Positions 60,301 to 64,000 of a DNA stretch of 64,000 nucleotides are shown in pieces. Origin of the DNA: Desulfatiglandales bacterium. GTDB taxonomy: Bacteria; Desulfobacterota; DSM-4660; Desulfatiglandales; Desulfatiglandaceae. The stretch covers positions 5,344,001 through 5,408,000 of the forward strand of contig OY759599.1 of NCBI GenBank assembly GCA_963662465.1. The letters are read 5' to 3'. Positions within the stretch are counted from its first letter, which is position 1. Every line of letters starts with the position of its first letter. Under the pieces are notes generated by a model. The model made no database searches. It was not told the origin of the DNA and saw only the letters and a program-made list of their open reading frames with translations. Position numbers and translations under genes: made by a program.

Positions 60301-63300
60301 TTGACGTCCAACACCAGTGCCGTAGACGTTACCTCCGATGTTACGGCGACCGTCAACAGTCACACGGATACGGCGCAAGTGAACTTCTACGGTGTTTCTT
60401 TGGATGAAATATCCGCTGATCCGCAAACCATTAATGCTAACGGCACGGATATCTCAACCATTACGGTCCAGCTGATGGATGAAGACGGCGTGGCCATTAG
60501 CGGGGAAACGATTGCTTTTTCGACCACTTCTGGAAGTTTGAGCCCGGGCACGGCCCAAACAAACCAGCAGGGAACTGCTACAACCCAACTGCTTGCACCC
60601 TTAGCAGCAGGTACTGCGATGGTAACCGCCAATTACGGGCAGATCGTCGCCACTGTGAATGTGACCGTCGTGGCACCGCAGGTGGCAACCGTTGCTGTTT
60701 CCGCTAGGAATGGAACCCTTGTTGCGGATGGTGTGTCAAGCACCAGAATTGAAGCCTTGGTAAAAGACAACCAGAACAACACCGTAGCAGATGGAACAAC
60801 TGTGAATTTCAGCACAACAGGTGGCGTAATAACGGAGGTCACTACCACAGCAAACGGGGTTGCCACGGCAAAATTGACCAGTCCTGTTACCGTGGGAACA
60901 GCGACCGTCATCGCCACATGCGGTGGGGTTTCAGGAAATACGATTGTTACCTTCATTCACGGTCCAGTGGAAGTTATTACCCTCACTGCCGATCCCGACA
61001 ACGTAACGGCGGATGGCGTGAGTACGAGTACCATCAAAGCGACTGCTAAGGATGCAAACGCTAACCCGGTATCGGGTGAAACGCTGAACTTCATTGCAAA
61101 ACTTGGCGATCTTTCCGCCATTACGGCCATCACCAATACAAACGGCATAGCAACGGTGACGTACACTGCGCCTGTGGGTTCAGCCGGCAGCCCGGATACA
61201 GTAACAGCCACCTCGACGAACAGCAAAACCGGATCAGATGAAATAACGCTTGTTGACGCCAGTGTTGGCGATATCCAGTTGAGCGCAGGAAAAACTCAGT
61301 TGATAGCGAATGGCTCGGCCAGTACAATAATCACGGCAAGGGTCTGGGATTTGAACGGGAATGCGGTTGCGGACAACACGCCTGTTACATTTGGTACGAC
61401 GGCGGGAACCCTGTCAGGAGAAACAACGACCACAAACGGTGTGGCGACGGCGATCCTGACGAGCAGCACGACAGCCGGAACTGTGACGGTAACAGGCACT
61501 TGTGGAAACTTGAACGATACTGTGAATGTGGAATTCATAGCAGGACCGGTAGCGACAGTGACAGTGGTTGCCGATCCCGACAACGTGACGGCGGACGGCG
61601 TCAGTACGAGTGGCATTAAAGCGACTGCGACGGATGCAAACGCTAACCCGGTATCGGGTGAAACCCTGACTTTCAGCGTATCTCTTGGTGATCTTTCCTG
61701 GATTACAGCTGTAACGGATGCGAACGGCGTAGCAACAGTGATGTACACGGCGCCTGTAGGCTCAGCCGGCAGCCCGGATACAGTAACGGCAACGTCGACG
61801 AACAGCAAAACCGGATCAGATGAAATAACGCTTGTTGACGCCAGTGTTGGCGATATCCAGTTGAGCGCAGGAAAAACTCAGTTGATAGCGAATGGCTCGG
61901 CCAGTACAATAATCACGGCAAGGGTCTGGGATTTGAACGGGAATGCGGTTGCGGACAACACGCCTGTTACATTTGGTACGACGGCGGGAACCCTGTCAGG
62001 AGAAACAACGACCACAAACGGTGTGGCGACGGCGATCCTGACGAGCAGCACGACAGCCGGAACGGTTACGGTGACAGGCACTTGTGGAAACTTGAACGAT
62101 ACTGTGAATGTGGAATTCATAGCAGGACCGGTAGCGACAGTGACAGTGGTTGCCGATCCCGACAACGTGACGGCGGACGGCGTCAGTACGAGTGGCATTA
62201 AAGCGACTGCGACGGATGCAAACGCTAACCCGGTATCGGGTGAAACCCTGACTTTCAGCGTATCTCTTGGTGATCTTTCCTGGATTACAGCTGTAACGGA
62301 TGCGAACGGCGTAGCAACAGTGATGTACACGGCGCCTGTAGGCTCAGCCGGCAGCCCGGATACAGTAACGGCAACGTCGACGAACAGCAAAACCGGATCA
62401 GATGAAATAACGCTTGTTGACGCCAGTGTTGGCGATATCCAGTTGAGCGCAGGAAAAACTCAGTTGATAGCGAATGGCTCGGCCAGTACAATAATCACGG
62501 CAAGGGTCTGGGATTTGAACGGGAATGCGGTTGCGGACAACACGCCTGTTACATTTGGTACGACGGCGGGAACCCTGTCAGGAGAAACAACGACCACAAA
62601 CGGTGTGGCGACGGCGATCCTGACGAGCAGCACGACAGCCGGAACGGTTACGGTGACAGGCACTTGTGGAAACTTGAACGATACTGTGAATGTGGAATTC
62701 ATAGCAGGACCGGTAGCGACAGTGACAGTGGTTGCCGATCCCGACAACGTGACGGCGGACGGCGTGAGTACGAGTGCCATCAAAGCGACTGCGACGGATG
62801 CAAACGCTAACCCGGTATCGGGTGAAACCCTGACTTTCAGCGTATCTCTTGGTGATCTTTCCTGGATTACAGCTGTAACGGATGCGAACGGCGTAGCAAC
62901 AGTGATGTACACGGCGCCTGTAGGCTCAGCCGGCAGCCCGGATACAGTAACGGCAACGTCGACGAACAGCAAAACCGGATCGGATGAAATAACGCTTGTT
63001 GACGCCAGTGTTGGCGATATCCAGTTGAGCGCAGGAAAAACTCAGTTGATAGCGAATGGCTCGGCCAGTACAATAATCACGGCAAGGGTCTGGGATTTGA
63101 ACGGGAATGCGGTTGCGGACAACACGCCTGTTACATTTGGTACGACGGCGGGAACCCTGTCAGGAGAAACAACGACCACAAACGGTGTGGCGACGGCGAT
63201 CCTGACGAGCAGCACGACAGCCGGAACTGTGACGGTAACAGGCACTTGTGGAAACTTGAACGATACTGTGAATGTGGAATTCATAGCAGGACCGGTAGCG

Positions 63301-64000
63301 AAAGTGACAGTGGTTGCCGATCCCGACAACGTGACGGCGGACGGCGTCAGTACGAGTGGCATTAAAGCGACTGCGACGGATGCAAACGCTAACCCGGTAT
63401 CGGGTGAAACCCTGACTTTCAGCGTATCTCTTGGTGATCTTTCCTGGATTACAGCTGTAACGGATGCGAACGGCGTAGCAACAGTGATGTACACGGCGCC
63501 TGTAGGCTCAGCCGGCAGCCCGGATACAGTAACGGCAACGTCGACGAACAGCAAAACCGGATCAGATGAAATAACGCTTGTTGACGCCAGTGTTGGCGAT
63601 ATCCAGTTGAGCGCAGGAAAAACTCAGTTGATAGCGAATGGCTCGGCCAGTACAATAATCACGGCAAGGGTCTGGGATTTGAACGGGAATGCGGTTGCGG
63701 ACAACACGCCTGTTACATTTGGTACGACGGCGGGAACCCTGTCAGGAGAAACAACGACCACAAACGGTGTGGCGACGGCGATCCTGACGAGCAGCACGAC
63801 AGCCGGAACGGTTACGGTGACAGGCACTTGTGGAAACTTGAACGATACTGTGAATGTGGAATTCATAGCAGGACCGGTAGCGACAGTGACAGTGGTTGCC
63901 GATCCCGACAACGTGACGGCGGACGGCGTCAGTACGAGTGGCATTAAAGCGACTGCGACGGATGCAAACGCTAACCCGGTATCGGGTGAAACCCTGACTT
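51325..64000 (+). CDS. Giant Big_1 repeat surface/adhesin protein, >4225 aa, open at window end (absent from ORF track)
   Basis: GGAGG RBS + ATGAAAAAACTG signal peptide; frame 1 gives Ig-like repeats wherever I read it, and the track lists no closed + ORF in that frame, consistent with no stop before 64000. Confidence 0.9.
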   Translation, partial: MKKLLMTVTLLFGFILFTMPAYVESTGAVDSPEASKMEIESDATRACPNCSGNAPVIRDVIFQTGSTCSCSGTISLTIGPNVTVEPNATVSFRSPQINIKSGTDFKPGSVVTMCWINEPISIDLTAAPTSIPADGSSYSIITGVFRDGNGNLVPKGTSLTFTTTLGAFTTNSAQTYTIKTYDDTGTVAIFLYSGTTAGTATVTATLGGTTEDVPVTIYSRVTAGIVLQADPDVLDADGVSTSTVRASVTDATGSPVTDGTSIAFSMISGKGSLSAASAVTAGGIATVTYTASTTAGTETVKAEASNGVTDTFDITLTGTPGPANFALSTNQTAVKSDNSESAIITATVVDGNNASYPGATVSFSSDGGQLSVSSAVTDDKGQASITLSSGSINRSNRIITITATIANLGSRTIPVQVVGSTLSKITDKTTITDDNTTVAELTVTAKDAGGVAVFNAEIQFSFGLDDTGTATITPVNPVTYPYTDVSGQLKVIVTGVRAGSVTVIAGALGATATQAYTVSAVGTEFGVVIPSSDPFSASIRNPATLATTPNNISIAFVDGNPDTITRSDGNSFTVDGYLAGDTIMVGGSTDNDGVYTVQTVSNTTLTLINTDTLTAEGAGETVTITNGVLVRVRAFDQTQVSFSTTIGAWDDSVSAVAVKAVPASGYVWSVLTADTAGSATIQVYDTGNTTISDGATVVFSAPSADAAKLNLQANTYVLAPSTGDIQNMAVLTATVRSALGQVVGKAPVVFSIKNTTGGGETVSPVVVLTDSSGVAKTTFTSGSLSTGAEGVEITATVLNEGQTVDNTSIDFSDNYPAPCVITRSDGGSFIADGFESGEEIRVFGSEVNDGYYIIASVTVSTLTLHSEERLNQESAGKSITIIAVTGSINMVIGGTAGSVVIGRGSTVYSVDDATYRVPMSVLVADSNGNPVSGALVSLSAWPAQYSSGVWYDRNPNGTVRNYNTYFTRTSLNEDINENTILDPGEDLNGDGELTPRNSAAGDVPTTVTTDANGVATFDLVYLKNSAAWIYNRIKASTKVLGTEITSSVEFRLPYITKEGEAGDLPDSPYPISLVTDTTTPVSVTFPQFGVDTIVNPDEFSPTDPLTAGDSNMVGHTYTFDPTGGTPAKVGDTILDWITAKGSSYDWSSTVNDDMTAYFQVRIAVKYGNAAGSVIVLNVNPSEITADGADTSIITASVTNSQGGAVADGTRVDFSTDLGNLSAAFALTVNGVATVTLTSGTVAGTSTVTANTMDGATDNTTVGFVAGPVSNVSVTATPDTIEADGISTSSIKATAKDVNGNPVADETITFTAVSGTLSPVTAKTDANGLTSVTYTSPNSPPAGGTDTITATSTNGTAGTKDIEIITVPVETVTVKAGTAAIVADGITGTIIRATVKDAEANNIPDGTTVSFTTTAGTLSAATATTVNGVASIMLTSSTIVGSATVTAACGGVLGNTTVTFISGPVGVISLSANPATIPADASSTSNIRAYVADVNGNTVADGVTIRFRVTTGMGTLSSSTATTVNGVATVTFTASAIPGIEVVTADAANGVNDTVNVTLQGAIVGSVNVAAGSDSITADGSSSTWISATVKDTKDNPVPDGTNVSFTTTSGSLSAASATTTNGVATVTLISSVNAGSATVTATVGGVNGKKTVNFVAGPVTGVAVTASPANLTADGTSTSTIQATVIDTNGNTVSGETIRFTAVSGTLSALTAITNTNGVATVTYTAPNAVPVGNTDTITARSSNNTIGTAAITLISTNVGSVSVASGSSWLFADGTSGTLITATVKDINGNNVTDGTLVSFTTSAGTLSPATATTVNGKAHVTLTSARLLGKARVVAVSGGVNATVDVNFIAGSINTLTVLVNPDNLTADGVSTSTIKGIARDSSNNPVEGETLTFTAVRGYLSSVTAITNANGEATVTYTVPDAVPAGGNDTVTATATNGISGADTIALIDAIVGDVQVVVGSDTLIADASSSTLVLATVTDINGNPVADGTTVSFSTTAGSLSGATATLNGMARATLTSAAALGTATVSVTCGGVNDFVTVNFIAGLVSSVKVLANPNNLTADGVSTSTIKATATDANNNPVLGETLTFNVVSGDLSAITAVTNTNGVATVTYTAPGAVPAVGTDTLTASSTNGKSGTETITLIDAVIGKVDVSAGSAGIVADGLSKTLISATVTDINGNAVADGTTVNFTTTAGDLSSGTAATINGVATVTLTSATALGTATVTATSGGVNDTVKVSFIAGPVDAVTVLATPDNLTADGVSISTIKGTAVDANNNPVAGETLTFNVVSGDLSAITVVTNTNGVATVTYTAPGSVPAVGTDTVTASSTNGKSGTETITLIDAVVGKVDVSAGSAGIVADGLSKTLISATVTDINGNAVADGTTVNFTTTAGDLSSGTAATINGVATVTLTSATVLGTATVTATSGGVNDTVKVSFIAGPVDVVTVLAIPDNLTADGVSTSTIKGTAVDANNNPVFGETLTFNVVSGDLSAITVVTNTNGVATVTYTAPGSVPAVGTDTVTVTSTNNKSGTDTITLIDAIVGSVDVSSASKSIIADGSSTTLIFATVKDINDNLVANGTEVNFSTSAGTLLAASAETTNGIVTVSLRSPTIVGTATVIATCGGVSGNTIVTFIHGPVKVITLTANPKILTGDGASTSIIRAMVTDINGNAIDGETISFSVSTGAGTVSAPTAETSGGVATVTYTASDTAGVDTITAESTNGTSETVNITLEPGKNGGVITVTASPETIPADGASTSVIAATLEYTNGTPIVGVPVTFSKTITSKPDDDTYEGTGSKVTTPFHTDGGNLTFTLNHDGASNFIVWLWEQNRGRISLLVNKIGKVEDFETVEALDQGDYFFEVYADGTWTIKIDGNISSIAETELATVITDALGHAAYTYTSSTIKGQYTIYAKSGELSDNVLITQTAGDPAQVEITVPDTTIYANGEEGIEIYAVVTDVNDNLVEDGTSVSFVATLGSIDATANTMNGTATARLTSNTSAVDVTSDVTATVNSHTDTAQVNFYGVSLDEISADPQTINANGTDISTITVQLMDEDGVAISGETIAFSTTSGSLSPGTAQTNQQGTATTQLLAPLAAGTAMVTANYGQIVATVNVTVVAPQVATVAVSARNGTLVADGVSSTRIEALVKDNQNNTVADGTTVNFSTTGGVITEVTTTANGVATAKLTSPVTVGTATVIATCGGVSGNTIVTFIHGPVEVITLTADPDNVTADGVSTSTIKATAKDANANPVSGETLNFIAKLGDLSAITAITNTNGIATVTYTAPVGSAGSPDTVTATSTNSKTGSDEITLVDASVGDIQLSAGKTQLIANGSASTIITARVWDLNGNAVADNTPVTFGTTAGTLSGETTTTNGVATAILTSSTTAGTVTVTGTCGNLNDTVNVEFIAGPVATVTVVADPDNVTADGVSTSGIKATATDANANPVSGETLTFSVSLGDLSWITAVTDANGVATVMYTAPVGSAGSPDTVTATSTNSKTGSDEITLVDASVGDIQLSAGKTQLIANGSASTIITARVWDLNGNAVADNTPVTFGTTAGTLSGETTTTNGVATAILTSSTTAGTVTVTGTCGNLNDTVNVEFIAGPVATVTVVADPDNVTADGVSTSGIKATATDANANPVSGETLTFSVSLGDLSWITAVTDANGVATVMYTAPVGSAGSPDTVTATSTNSKTGSDEITLVDASVGDIQLSAGKTQLIANGSASTIITARVWDLNGNAVADNTPVTFGTTAGTLSGETTTTNGVATAILTSSTTAGTVTVTGTCGNLNDTVNVEFIAGPVATVTVVADPDNVTADGVSTSAIKATATDANANPVSGETLTFSVSLGDLSWITAVTDANGVATVMYTAPVGSAGSPDTVTATSTNSKTGSDEITLVDASVGDIQLSAGKTQLIANGSASTIITARVWDLNGNAVADNTPVTFGTTAGTLSGETTTTNGVATAILTSSTTAGTVTVTGTCGNLNDTVNVEFIAGPVAKVTVVADPDNVTADGVSTSGIKATATDANANPVSGETLTFSVSLGDLSWITAVTDANGVATVMYTAPVGSAGSPDTVTATSTNSKTGSDEITLVDASVGDIQLSAGKTQLIANGSASTIITARVWDLNGNAVADNTPVTFGTTAGTLSGETTTTNGVATAILTSSTTAGTVTVTGTCGNLNDTVNVEFIAGPVATVTVVADPDNVTADGVSTSGIKATATDANANPVSGETLT
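57500..58890 (+). repeat. 588-bp (196 aa) tandem repeat, ~2.3 copies, inside the giant protein
   Basis: GATGCAAACAACAACCCGGT recurs at 57556, 58144 and 58732. Confidence 0.9.
60990..64000 (+). repeat. 582-bp (194 aa, two Big_1 domains) near-identical tandem repeat, >=5 copies, continuing past the window
   Basis: GGCAGCCCGGATACAGTAAC at 61186, 61768, 62350, 62932 and 63514. Confidence 0.97.

Noticed and set aside
51510..63944. Many minus-strand Val/Thr-rich ORFs in the track, including four near-identical 170-aa ORFs
   Set aside because: Antisense shadows of the giant plus-strand Big_1 gene and its tandem repeats

Overview
Window that looks like a Desulfobacterota (deltaproteobacterial) chromosome, in four parts. 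(1) 1-2220: housekeeping, with the 3' end of smpB, fhs and a terminator. (2) ~2230-24060: a dense accessory region of IS elements and toxin-antitoxin remnants. It holds an IS21-type element with ParB/HTH/Zn-finger passengers and apparently non-canonical CTT...AAG ends, an ISAzo13, a truncated DDE IS, a mini ISL3-like element, an IS1634 splitting higB, an IS110/IS1111-type element splitting hicA, and an IS1182/IS5-like element. The IS110 element carries a Toprim/primase-like cargo gene and a readable bridge-RNA-like structure whose guide loops match its own target and donor. Most toxins are broken while the antitoxins remain. (3) 24229-28314: FAD oxidoreductase / membrane protein / GT2 block plus a decayed mazEF-like pair. 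(4) 28450-64000: type IV pilus locus with a sigma54 promoter (fimT-pilW-pilV-pilX-pilY1, pilB-like ATPase, pilMNOP-X-Q, pilF). It is followed by a 1569-aa Ig-like (Big_1) lipoprotein and a giant Ig-like repeat protein (>4200 aa, open at the window end, absent from the ORF track) with 588-bp and 582-bp tandem repeats. All family calls come from motif recognition by eye; no database search was run.
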